Source: Oligoflexales bacterium
GTDB taxonomy: Bacteria > Bdellovibrionota_B > Oligoflexia > Oligoflexales > Bog-1112
Reading direction: 5' to 3'
Length of the DNA stretch: 64,000 nucleotides
Assembly: GCA_045106415.1 (NCBI GenBank)
Contig: JBGCEP010000014.1
Coordinates: 1-64,000 of the forward strand
Below are positions 30,858 through 41,547 of this stretch, piece after piece; position 1 is the first letter of the stretch, and every line of letters starts with the position of its first letter. A model generated the notes under the pieces. The model was not told where the DNA came from. It did no database searches and was given only the letters and a program-made list of their open reading frames with translations. A program made the translations under genes and the position numbers.

Positions 30858-31988
30858 TTAATTTTTACTCTGCATGACTGATTCACATTTAAGTTTAATT
30901 TCATCAAGTTCTTCCTGAGGTAAACTTCTTAGAGTGAGCCCACCACCTGCGGCATATGCCCAAGAATTTTGTTCTTGTACGAGTGTTCGTATGAGGATGT
31001 TTGATTCTAAAATATGTGCATCATCCCAATAAAAAATATGTCCCATAAAGTATTTCCTAGATGCCGTTTCATATTCTTTTATGGCTTTCATGACTTCATT
31101 CTTTGGGGTCCCTGTAATAGATCCACCGGGGCACATTGATTGAAAAAGCTTATTGAACGAAAAAGGCCTTAAAGAGGAAGAGATTTTTGCAATATTGTGG
31201 TGAATATCAGAGAATGATGAAATTTTTCCTGGACAGAGGACTTTGACGCTTCGTGGTGTGCTGACGATATTCATATCGTTTCTCATAAGATCAACAATCA
31301 TATGGAGCTCTGCTTGTTCTTTACGAGAGTGAAGTAAACTGATTTTTTGTTGGTAGTCTTTGAGGGGGTCATGATGTCGCGGTCGGGTGCCTTTAATGGG
31401 CCATGTAGTCATTTTATAATCTTGAGAAGATTGTGGAGCGATGTGTAAAAAGCGCTCAGGGGAAAACGAGGCAACTTCTAGATTAGGCACACGGCACCAT
31501 GCCGACCAAGGACCTCCTTGTCTAGAAAATTTTTGAATGATTTCCTTCTGTTTTATATCATGAAGGATTTTAAAAAATCGTATGATATTGATTTGATAGT
31601 AGCGGCCATTTTTGATGTCATTCAGAACGTGTTCTACTGTGTTGAGGTAATTGTCGTCACTATCTTGAGCCTTAAGTGTCCAGCGAGGAGTTTGAGGCTT
31701 CCACGTTGGGATGTGGGTATGGTGTGTCATGGAGTTCAAACGAAAAATTCGAATGGAATGTTGAGTTGAAGAATCAAAGGCATTGTATGGTATGAGGCCG
31801 AGATATCCGCCTTGATAAGGCGTGAGCCTGGCTTCTTGTGGTGACCAAACTTTGTTTAAAAAGTCGTGAGAAGGGATTTCTGTGAAATCGTGAGTTTGAA
31901 TCGATTGATGATCCATTCTAAACCAGAGTGTGGGCTTTGACGCAGGAATGTTTGAGAGTTGCAACCAATAAGGCGGAGTTGTTGGCAT
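30858..31988 (-). CDS. Chorismate-binding enzyme (PabB/TrpE component I family)
   Basis: SPERFL, PIKGT, AELHMIVDLMRND, PGGSITGTPK, NILIRT, AGGG. Confidence 0.88.
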   Translation of the reverse strand: MPTTPPYWLQLSNIPASKPTLWFRMDHQSIQTHDFTEIPSHDFLNKVWSPQEARLTPYQGGYLGLIPYNAFDSSTQHSIRIFRLNSMTHHTHIPTWKPQTPRWTLKAQDSDDNYLNTVEHVLNDIKNGRYYQINIIRFFKILHDIKQKEIIQKFSRQGGPWSAWCRVPNLEVASFSPERFLHIAPQSSQDYKMTTWPIKGTRPRHHDPLKDYQQKISLLHSRKEQAELHMIVDLMRNDMNIVSTPRSVKVLCPGKISSFSDIHHNIAKISSSLRPFSFNKLFQSMCPGGSITGTPKNEVMKAIKEYETASRKYFMGHIFYWDDAHILESNILIRTLVQEQNSWAYAAGGGLTLRSLPQEELDEIKLKCESVMQSKN

Positions 31989-32072
31989 AAAGGGCTCTTG
32001 AGTAAGGTTTCACCAATGGCGCAGATATATTATGGTGAGCTCATAGTTTCAAGTTTATTGACGGGGGATTCT

Positions 32073-32918
32073 GTGGGTTTTCATAAAATTGGTGTTGTTG
32101 GTGCTGGGCAGATGGGGGCAGGAATTGCACAAGTTGCAGCAACTGCAGGATATGATGTCTGTTTAATGGATCAGAGTGCAAATCAGCTTAGTCTTGCTAT
32201 GAATGGAATTTGTAAGTCGACAGAAAAGTTAGAGTTAAAAGGTCGATTGAAAAATGCCAAAGAAATTCAATCCCGAGTCAAAATGACTGGAGAAATAAAA
32301 GAAGTCGCAGCCTGTGACTTGGTGATTGAAGCCATCGTGGAAAATGAAGAAGCAAAAGTAGGTTTGTTTCAGCGGTTATCTGAATTTGCAAAAGAGTCCA
32401 CGGTGTTTGCAAGTAATACATCCTCTATATCGATTACTCGCTTAGGCAGACAAAGTGGTCGACCTCGCCAATTTATCGGCCTTCATTTTATGAACCCTGT
32501 TCCCCTCATGAAGCTTGTTGAGGTGATCGTGTCTGATGCCACAGACCCCGCGGTTGTAAGTCAGAGCCATGATTTGGTGAAAAAAATGGATAAGATTGTT
32601 GTGCAAAGCCTTGATTATCCAGGTTTTGTGGTTAATCGCATTCTGATGCCAATGATTAATGAAGCTTTTCAAACGTGGCAAGAAGGGGTTGCAAGTCCTG
32701 AAGGTATTGATCAAGCTATGAAACTTGGAACGAATCAACCGATGGGCCCTTTAGAATTAGCTGATTTTATTGGCCTTGATACTTGCTTGTCGATTTTACG
32801 AGTGCTTCATCATGGTTTTGGAGACCCTCGTTATCGACCTTCGGCACGTTTAGTACAACTTGTGGATGCAGGTTGGCATGGAAAAAAATCAGGTCGAGGT
32901 GTTTATACGTATTCTTGA
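32073..32918 (+). CDS. hbd: 3-hydroxybutyryl-CoA dehydrogenase
   Basis: GAGQMGAGIA, SNTSSISIT, HFMNPVP, PGFVVNR, PMGPLELADFIGLD; GTG start after GGGGA. Confidence 0.93.
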   Translation: MGFHKIGVVGAGQMGAGIAQVAATAGYDVCLMDQSANQLSLAMNGICKSTEKLELKGRLKNAKEIQSRVKMTGEIKEVAACDLVIEAIVENEEAKVGLFQRLSEFAKESTVFASNTSSISITRLGRQSGRPRQFIGLHFMNPVPLMKLVEVIVSDATDPAVVSQSHDLVKKMDKIVVQSLDYPGFVVNRILMPMINEAFQTWQEGVASPEGIDQAMKLGTNQPMGPLELADFIGLDTCLSILRVLHHGFGDPRYRPSARLVQLVDAGWHGKKSGRGVYTYS

Positions 32919-33068
32919 GTTTTATGACTTGTGATTTGGTAGAGTCGTTATTTCATGAGATCCTTGACTGTTCCTTGGGAAGTGACTATCAAGTGTGTAG
33001 ACTTCCTGCTAGAGACTTCACCATAAGTCCGTAAGGATTTGCTTCGTATCCATATGAAAGGACATAAC

Positions 33069-33644
33069 ATGCGATCTGTAATTAAAAGAGCCCAAAAAGA
33101 TTGGGGTCGGATGCAAAAAGTATTGGAAGAAGAAAAAGCTAAGATGATTCAACGTGTGAATCTCGATGATATCCGTAGTGAGCTAGAGCTTCGAGCCAAG
33201 AAGTTAGAGCAACAAGTTGGAGAAACAGTGAAGCAACTTGAACCAACTTGCCAAAAAGTTGTTGAGGGTTTGCGTAAAAATGCGGAGAAAGTCGGTATTG
33301 ATGTGGAAAAAGTTGAAGAAGTTTTAAAAGAGAGCGTTGCTACAGCTCGTGAAACTTTAGGAATAGTCGGGAGTTTGACATCAACGCCGAAGAAGACATC
33401 AAAACGCAAAAGCGTCCGTAAAGGAACATCGGGACCTTCTGCTGTAAAGTCAAATAAGAAAGTTGCAAAGAAAGTAACTAAGAAAGTTGCAAAAAAAGTA
33501 GCTAAGAAAACAACAACACCAAAAGCTGTAAAAAAAGAGACGCAAACGGCAACGAGCGCAGCCACTCAGAAACAAGTGAAATCTTCAGCGGAACCAATTT
33601 CAAATAATCGTGGGACCGTGAAGGCAAAGATGACTTTATCTTAG
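33069..33644 (+). CDS. Coiled-coil protein with Lys-rich histone-H1-like tail (phasin/PhaF-like architecture)
   Basis: Amphipathic helical N-terminus; KKVAKKVTKKVAKKVAKK; AAAGGA before ATG 33069. Confidence 0.6.
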   Translation: MRSVIKRAQKDWGRMQKVLEEEKAKMIQRVNLDDIRSELELRAKKLEQQVGETVKQLEPTCQKVVEGLRKNAEKVGIDVEKVEEVLKESVATARETLGIVGSLTSTPKKTSKRKSVRKGTSGPSAVKSNKKVAKKVTKKVAKKVAKKTTTPKAVKKETQTATSAATQKQVKSSAEPISNNRGTVKAKMTLS

Positions 33645-33675
33645 TGATTTTTTGTTATGCTAACCAGGGAGTTTT

Positions 33676-34722
33676 TTGCTCTCTGGTTTTTTAGGTTATG
33701 TGAATATATTGAATTCTTCTCAACAAAAAAAATTTCAACAAAAACTTATGTCTTGGTATGCAAATCATAAAGAGCAGCATCCTTGGCGTGTGCTTTGGGA
33801 AAAAACACAAGACCCTTACGTAGTATGGCTAAGTGAGGTCATGCTCCAGCAAACCACAATTCAAGCAGTGACACCTGCGTATGTGCGTTTTTTGAATGTT
33901 TTTCCTACGGTTCAAGATTTATCAAATGCTTCAGAGAATCTTGTTAGAGAGACTGTAAAAGGATTGGGTTATTATCGAAGGTTTGGTTTTTTACATAAAG
34001 CAGCACAAATTGTGGTGGAGCAAAAGTCTTGGCCTCAAACCTACAAACAGTGGTTAGATTTGCCTGGAGTTGGTGAGTATACAGCGGCAGCGGTGAGTAG
34101 TATTGTGTTTGGCGAGCGAGTTGGGGTGATTGACGGAAATGTACAAAGAGTGTTTTCTCGTCTGTTAAATAAGGACATTCATCCTCTTGTGTTTTTTAAG
34201 AAAAATCTTCAAATTTTACTGAATGAAATGATTGATGAGGAAAAACCGGGAGATTTTAATCAAGGACTGATGGAGCTGGGACAAAAAATTTGCAGGCCAC
34301 AAGAGCCAAAGTGTCATGAGTGCCCGGTGGTTACTTTGTGTGAAGGAAAAAAAGCACATCGCCAGCTTGAAATTCCAACTCCAGTGAAAAGAAAAGCTGC
34401 TGTTGCAGTTGCGCTACAGTTAGTTATTGTTCGAAAAAAACATAAGCAAGGTTGGTTGTATGGTTTAAAGGTTCGTGAAAATGCAGAGCGCTTTTTGAAA
34501 GGGACAAGAGGCTTTTTGTTATCTGAAAATTTTAAGCCTCAAAAAGACAGCCAAATTATAGGAAGTATAAAGCATAGTATTACCCATCATAAGATTGAGG
34601 CTCAAGTCTATGTTCAACAGCAGTCGGTAGAAGAAATGGAATGGTTTCAGGTCGATGATCTAGAGAAGAAATTAGTGTCTTCTCTAGATCAAAAAGCTTG
34701 GAATCTTTTCACAAAAAAATGA
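33676..34722 (+). CDS. mutY: A/G-specific adenine glycosylase; start uncertain
   Basis: WLSEVMLQQT, GLGYY, LPGVGEYTA, DGNVQRV, CxxxxxxCxxCxxxxxC 4Fe-4S motif. Confidence 0.92.
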   Translation: MLSGFLGYVNILNSSQQKKFQQKLMSWYANHKEQHPWRVLWEKTQDPYVVWLSEVMLQQTTIQAVTPAYVRFLNVFPTVQDLSNASENLVRETVKGLGYYRRFGFLHKAAQIVVEQKSWPQTYKQWLDLPGVGEYTAAAVSSIVFGERVGVIDGNVQRVFSRLLNKDIHPLVFFKKNLQILLNEMIDEEKPGDFNQGLMELGQKICRPQEPKCHECPVVTLCEGKKAHRQLEIPTPVKRKAAVAVALQLVIVRKKHKQGWLYGLKVRENAERFLKGTRGFLLSENFKPQKDSQIIGSIKHSITHHKIEAQVYVQQQSVEEMEWFQVDDLEKKLVSSLDQKAWNLFTKK

Positions 34723-34733
34723 AATAATGATTA

Positions 34734-36251
34734 TTATTTAGTGAATGCTTCTTTATGGTTGAGGCAACACTCAGCCATGGTTCGCATCCCAAAAGCAGAA
34801 CCACCTTGAGCTGGGAACCCTGTAGCACGACAACTCCATGCCGTTCCAGCAATATCAATATGCGCCCATGGTGTATCGCCAACGAAACGGCTTAAAAAGA
34901 CACCTGCGGTGATTGTTCCAGCTTTTGTGGCTGGTGAGGTGATGTTTTTTACATCGGCAATTTTTGAGTCAAGCTCTTGATTCAGTTCAGGCCACATAGG
35001 AAGTTGCCACATGGGTTCTCCTGCATGTTCTGATGTTTGTAAAACGTGATTGGCCATAGCGGAGTGGTTGGAAATAACAGCGGATCCAGCGCTACCTAAA
35101 GCCATGAGTACAGCTCCTGTTAAGGTTGCTGCGTCAATGACAAACTCAGGGTTGTATTGGCTAATACCATAATGAAGAAGATCTACAAGAACGAGACGCC
35201 CTTCTGCATCAGTGTTGAGGATTTCAATTGTGTCACCTTTCATTGTTGTGACAACATCACCGGGTCTTGTTGCAGAACTACCTGGCATGTTTTCAACAGC
35301 ACCAATGATACAAACAACATTTGTAGGAGGTTTGATTTGTGCAAGGGCAGCAGCTGCTCCTAGAACATTAGCGCCACCACACATATCGTACTTCATTTCA
35401 TCCATGGAGCCAGCTGGTTTAAGGCTAATGCCCCCGCTGTCAAAAGTTAAACCTTTTCCTACGAGGCATACAGTACGTGATGTATCATAGCCATCGATTT
35501 CAAATGTAATGAGTTTTGGATCAGGAAGAGCTCCTTTGGCGACTGAGTGAAAACCGCCCATTCCCATCTTTCGGATGTCCTCTCGGCCTTGAATTTTAAG
35601 TTTTCCACCAAAATTTTTCGCAATAAATTCTGCAGCCTCTGCAAATTTTTCTGAATGAAACCAGTTTGGAGGAGCATCACCCATGACGCGAGTTAAAATA
35701 GAAGCTCTTGCAAAGGCAAGAGTTTCATTCCAAGTCTTTTCTGTTGTCTTTATGTCTTCCCAGACGCAAAGGCAGTCTGTGTGTGTGAGTGAAGAAGTTT
35801 GTTTTTTAAAGGGCTCGTATTGATAGAGGCCTTGAATCCATCCTTCGACGAGTCCTGTTGTTGGGATGTCTTCAGAATTACAAAAAATGACAGATTTAGG
35901 AGAAAATGATTTGAGCAGAGCTGCGATTTGCAAGCCTAAATCTCTTGCTTTTCGAAGAGGAGAAACGTCTAGTTTTGTTGGGCTCACTAAAAGCCAGTTT
36001 TGTTTTCCGTGTTGAATGACAACAGGTTTTTTTCCACCCCAGCCTAAAGATTCAGCTTGGCTTTGAAGTGTTTGACAAAGACTTGCGCCAATATGTTTTG
36101 AAGTGACTTCAATCTTATTGTCCTTGCTTTGTGCTATGGCTACATGAAAAGAATTGTCTTGTGGAGCTGAAATTTCGTTGATTTTGAGGGTCTCAAGGTG
36201 TTTCCAGACGCTCGGAAGCATATCTTCGAACTTTGCATTTTCTTTTTGCAT
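34734..36251 (-). CDS. pepA: Leucyl aminopeptidase (M17)
   Basis: GKGLTFDSGG, MKYDMCG, NTDAEGRL, ATLTGA, HIDIAGT. Confidence 0.93.
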   Translation of the reverse strand: MQKENAKFEDMLPSVWKHLETLKINEISAPQDNSFHVAIAQSKDNKIEVTSKHIGASLCQTLQSQAESLGWGGKKPVVIQHGKQNWLLVSPTKLDVSPLRKARDLGLQIAALLKSFSPKSVIFCNSEDIPTTGLVEGWIQGLYQYEPFKKQTSSLTHTDCLCVWEDIKTTEKTWNETLAFARASILTRVMGDAPPNWFHSEKFAEAAEFIAKNFGGKLKIQGREDIRKMGMGGFHSVAKGALPDPKLITFEIDGYDTSRTVCLVGKGLTFDSGGISLKPAGSMDEMKYDMCGGANVLGAAAALAQIKPPTNVVCIIGAVENMPGSSATRPGDVVTTMKGDTIEILNTDAEGRLVLVDLLHYGISQYNPEFVIDAATLTGAVLMALGSAGSAVISNHSAMANHVLQTSEHAGEPMWQLPMWPELNQELDSKIADVKNITSPATKAGTITAGVFLSRFVGDTPWAHIDIAGTAWSCRATGFPAQGGSAFGMRTMAECCLNHKEAFTK

Positions 36252-36415
36252 GCATGGCTCCTTTTGTAGGGTTGAGAGCAATTTGCTCTGTGTTGATCGT
36301 GTTTCATAAAACAAAAAAGAGTGCTATCAATAGACTCTTTTCTATTTTGCTTTGTAAGGACTGCTAAGTCTATCAAAATAAGTTATTATGACGGAGCAAA
36401 AGGTCTCAATGATAG

Positions 36416-37719
<1,304 letters not shown>

Positions 37720-37720
<1 letters not shown>

Positions 37721-38658
37721 TGAGCCCCCTTTTTTTTCTTTTATACAGTTATTTTTTTTGGAAAACACTGGACTTAGAGGTTGAGCTTGATGGGGAGAGG
37801 CTTGTTAAAAATTTAAAATTTTTAACATCAGCCCCTCATCCTCTAGGGTCGGCGAAACAAGAGAAAATAGCTCAATGGCTCACAGGCAATATTGCTAATA
37901 GTTGGGATGTTGAAACGCAGGTTTTTTTTGCTGACACGCCTAATCCGCAAGTGTTTGAAACATTAGCCCCAGTACCAATTTCCTATGAAAAAAAAGGATA
38001 TAATATTATAGCTTCTCAAATAGGGAGAGAAGACTGCTGGATTTTTGTGGGTTCACATTACGATACAAAGATAGTACCAAATACTTCTTATGTAGGTGCA
38101 AATGATGGAGCATCAACAACAGCTTTGCTTTTAGAATTGAGTCATGTTTTGCAGGCTGATCGATGTGGTCTTGTGCTTTTATGGTTTGATGGGGAAGAGC
38201 CTGTTTTAAAAGGTTGGAGTGATGGAGAGCATAAACACCCACTTGCGCAGCCTGATCATACATACGGAAGTCGATCTTTTATTACAAATAAAACAAAAAA
38301 ATGCGGTAGGCATAGGTGTTTTCAGAATAAGCCCATCGAGTCTTTTATTCTTTTGGATATGCTTGGATCTTCGCAATTAAAACTTACGCAAGATTTGCAC
38401 TCATCTCCCAAACTGGTAAATAAAATGATAAAGCATGCAAGGGATTTGCAAATTGATGTTGGTTTTGAAGCACCAGTTGAGGATGATCATATTCCATTTC
38501 TGCAGGCAGGAATCCCTTCTGTGAATATGATTGATTTTCATAATATTCGTTATTGGCATAGAGAAGGTGACACTTTAGACACACTCTCTATGATAAGTTT
38601 AAAGAAATCTTTTCGATTGGCCTTTCGAATGGTTGCTGATGAGCAAGGTCAGCTGTGA
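37720..38658 (+). CDS. M28-family Zn enzyme, glutaminyl cyclase-like
   Basis: SHYDTK, GANDGAS, FDGEE, LLDMLG, EDDHIPF, WH; N-terminal TM; TAATG overlap with eno. Confidence 0.8.
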
Positions 38659-38809
38659 TGTTTTGTGAGATCCTAAATTTTCCTTGAAGAGAATATAATT
38701 TTCGAAGACTTGTATTTACGTCTTTTTGCTTTAACGATTGTTTTTATTTATGAAATGAAAAAAAACATCCGATCTTTATAGTGATAATCCTCGTACAAGG
38801 ATAAAGATA

Positions 38810-40987
38810 ATGGATGATAGTGTAATCAAATCATTTCATGACTTAGCGGATCGTATTTTAAAAGAACTGCAAGATGAGTTACAGCTCATGAAAATGCAGG
38901 ATGATAGTGAGCGTGTCGCAAGCGATACATTTATCTCTCTAGTAAATGAAGCTATTCCAGCTCTTCAATCTTTACAGACGTGGTCTACTGGCGCTGAATC
39001 TTTAGATATGGACGATGATGAAGCGATGAAGCTTCTTGCAAGTATGGATAGCCCAAGTGGCGGTGAAGATGCTGCTGCGAGTGATGAGATGTCATGTGAA
39101 GATGAAGCTATGGCTTTATTGAATTCTATGGGAGGAGGAGATGACACTCCAGCTGTGCCCGTGCCAGCAGCAGCGGCGAGCTCAGGAGGAGGGGGTAGTC
39201 ATGAAGATGAGGAAGTTGTTGAAGAAATTCCAGAATTTGGACAAAGTGAGTTTGCTTCAGACCCCGATATGATTAAAGACTTTCTGATGAATTCAGACGA
39301 GCTCATGGAAACGCTTGATGATCGTGTTTTAGCTCTAGAGCAAGATCAAAGTGAAGAAACAATTGAAGAAATTTTTCGAGCAGCACACACCTTAAAGGGT
39401 GCAGCTGGAATGTTTGGTTTTCAAAGTATTGAACGAGTGATGCACAGACTTGAAAACTTTTTTGATCAAGTTCGTAAAGGCCAGAGTAAAGCCACATCTG
39501 ATTCAACAGATGTCATTCTGAAAGGTTTGGATGTTGTCAAAGCTCTTATTGAAGCTGTTCGCGAAGGCAAACCCTGTGGAATTAAAACAGCTCCTATTGT
39601 CAAAACTCTTAATTTATTATGTGCGGGGAAGTATGTAGCAATAAATAGTGCGGCTGTTCCTGAAGTGGAAAAAGATAAAGAAGATAAACCAGCAGCGAAA
39701 GAAAATAGTGCAGCAAAGAAAGAAGTTTCTACGATTCGTGTTGATCTCCAAAGGTTGGATTTATTAGTGAATCTGGTTGGGGAGCTCGTTATTGATAGAA
39801 CGCGGTTTGTTAATATTGAAGAGCAACTTAGACATCAAAATGTGGATCAAAATCTGTCAGGCAACCTCAGTGAAACGGTTGAGCTGTTTGGGCGGCATAT
39901 GAATGAGATCCAAGACATTATCATGAAGGTTAGAATGGTTCCTATAGGAAACGCCTTCAATAAATTCCCTAGGGTTGTTCGAGACCTTGCTAGACAACTG
40001 GGTAAGTCTATTGATTTAGTGATTGAAGGAGAAACAACAGAGTTAGATAAAACTCTTGTGGAGCAAATTGGCGATCCTCTTGTTCATCTAGTGCGAAACT
40101 CTGTGGATCATGGCATTGAAATGCCTGACGTTAGATCAGAGAGCGGGAAGTCAAAGACTGGGACTGTTATCTTATCAGCAAGGCAAGAAGGTAATCAAAT
40201 TGTTATTTGCATAGAAGATGATGGCAAAGGGATGGATCAAGAGGCTATTCGCAAAAAAGGAATTGCGAGTGGGTTAATTTCTGATAAAGATGTTTTGACT
40301 TCACGGGATATCTTCAATCTTATTTTTGAACCAGGTTTTTCAACAGCAGCAGCTGTAACGAATGTTTCTGGGCGTGGTGTTGGTATGGATGTTGTTAAAA
40401 AACAGATATCAAAACTTAAGGGTGTTGTTGATGTAGATAGTACCCCAGGTAAAGGGTCAGTAATTACGATTAACCTCCCTTTGACTCTTGCTATTGTACA
40501 GAGTCTTTTGGTCCAATCGTCTGGTGAGATTTTTGCGATTCCATTATCAACAGTGGTGGAGTCACTCCGTATCCTTCCAAGTGATATTCATAGAGTGGGA
40601 GATGTGGATGTGATTAAACGTCGAAATATGGTTCTTCCTTTGGTTTATTTAAGTGATGCTCTTGATGTTGAAGTTAAAAATGATGTGTGCTGGTATAGAA
40701 CTCATCCAGATGATGCAGAAGTTTTGCTTTCTGAGAGACGTGAATCAAGACAAGAAGATCGTTTGTTTGTTGTGGTGGTCGGAAGCAGTGAGCGCCGCTT
40801 TGGAATTGTAGTCGATAGTTTATTGAATCAACAAGAAATGGTTATCAAGTCGATGGGGTCGCTGGTTAAGGATATTCCTGCTGTTGCTGGTGGAGCCATT
40901 TTAGGAAGCGGGCAAGTTGTTTTAGTACTTGATATTGCTGAACTTGCTGATAGTTGTCGAAGTCGAATCCGCGGTGTCGCAGCATAA
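38810..40987 (+). CDS. cheA: Chemotaxis histidine kinase CheA (no P2 domain, acidic N-terminal extension)
   Basis: FRAAHTLKG Hpt, HLVRNSVDHG, SGRGVGMDVV, C-terminal CheW-like domain. Confidence 0.95.
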   Translation: MDDSVIKSFHDLADRILKELQDELQLMKMQDDSERVASDTFISLVNEAIPALQSLQTWSTGAESLDMDDDEAMKLLASMDSPSGGEDAAASDEMSCEDEAMALLNSMGGGDDTPAVPVPAAAASSGGGGSHEDEEVVEEIPEFGQSEFASDPDMIKDFLMNSDELMETLDDRVLALEQDQSEETIEEIFRAAHTLKGAAGMFGFQSIERVMHRLENFFDQVRKGQSKATSDSTDVILKGLDVVKALIEAVREGKPCGIKTAPIVKTLNLLCAGKYVAINSAAVPEVEKDKEDKPAAKENSAAKKEVSTIRVDLQRLDLLVNLVGELVIDRTRFVNIEEQLRHQNVDQNLSGNLSETVELFGRHMNEIQDIIMKVRMVPIGNAFNKFPRVVRDLARQLGKSIDLVIEGETTELDKTLVEQIGDPLVHLVRNSVDHGIEMPDVRSESGKSKTGTVILSARQEGNQIVICIEDDGKGMDQEAIRKKGIASGLISDKDVLTSRDIFNLIFEPGFSTAAAVTNVSGRGVGMDVVKKQISKLKGVVDVDSTPGKGSVITINLPLTLAIVQSLLVQSSGEIFAIPLSTVVESLRILPSDIHRVGDVDVIKRRNMVLPLVYLSDALDVEVKNDVCWYRTHPDDAEVLLSERRESRQEDRLFVVVVGSSERRFGIVVDSLLNQQEMVIKSMGSLVKDIPAVAGGAILGSGQVVLVLDIAELADSCRSRIRGVAA

Positions 40988-40998
40988 AGGGGAATATA

Positions 40999-41547
40999 AT
41001 GTCGTTTGATCATCAAGGTAGTTCTGGTGCTGGAGTTTTTGCTGTTCGTGGAAATTTAGATGGTGATGACCGTCAAGAATTTGTGGAAAGAGAACAGTTT
41101 ATTGGGCTTAAAATTTCAGAAGATCTATTTTATCTCGGAATATCAGAAATTAAAGAGATCATTATGTTGCAGCCCATAACATTTGTACCTGGGTCTGTCC
41201 AATGGGTTGAAGGGGTGATTAACCTTCGCGGTACTATTATTCCAGCTCTTAATTTACGAAAAATGATGAGACTTCCTCGAGGTGAAGTTACAGCTTCAAC
41301 TCGTATTGTCATTGTGACTCATGGTCAAACACAAGTCGGAATTGTTGTTGATATGATTACTTATGTTGTTGCTCTTTTGCCGACAGAAATAGAAGAAAGA
41401 GCATTGTCAAGTAAGACTGTAGGGGCTGATCTTATTTCGAGAATAGCAACGCGGGATCAAGATATTATCGGTATTTTAGATCTTAATAAAATCTTAACTC
41501 TTCTAAAACCAGAAAATGATGATGAAGAGTCGGCTGAAGATGCGTAG
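40999..41547 (+). CDS. cheW: Chemotaxis coupling protein
   Basis: ITFVP...GVINLRG.IIP, GIVVD; follows cheA. Confidence 0.92.
   Translation: MSFDHQGSSGAGVFAVRGNLDGDDRQEFVEREQFIGLKISEDLFYLGISEIKEIIMLQPITFVPGSVQWVEGVINLRGTIIPALNLRKMMRLPRGEVTASTRIVIVTHGQTQVGIVVDMITYVVALLPTEIEERALSSKTVGADLISRIATRDQDIIGILDLNKILTLLKPENDDEESAEDA

Noticed and set aside
33149..33565. 138-aa hydrophobic minus-strand ORF
   Set aside because: Antisense shadow of the Lys-rich gene
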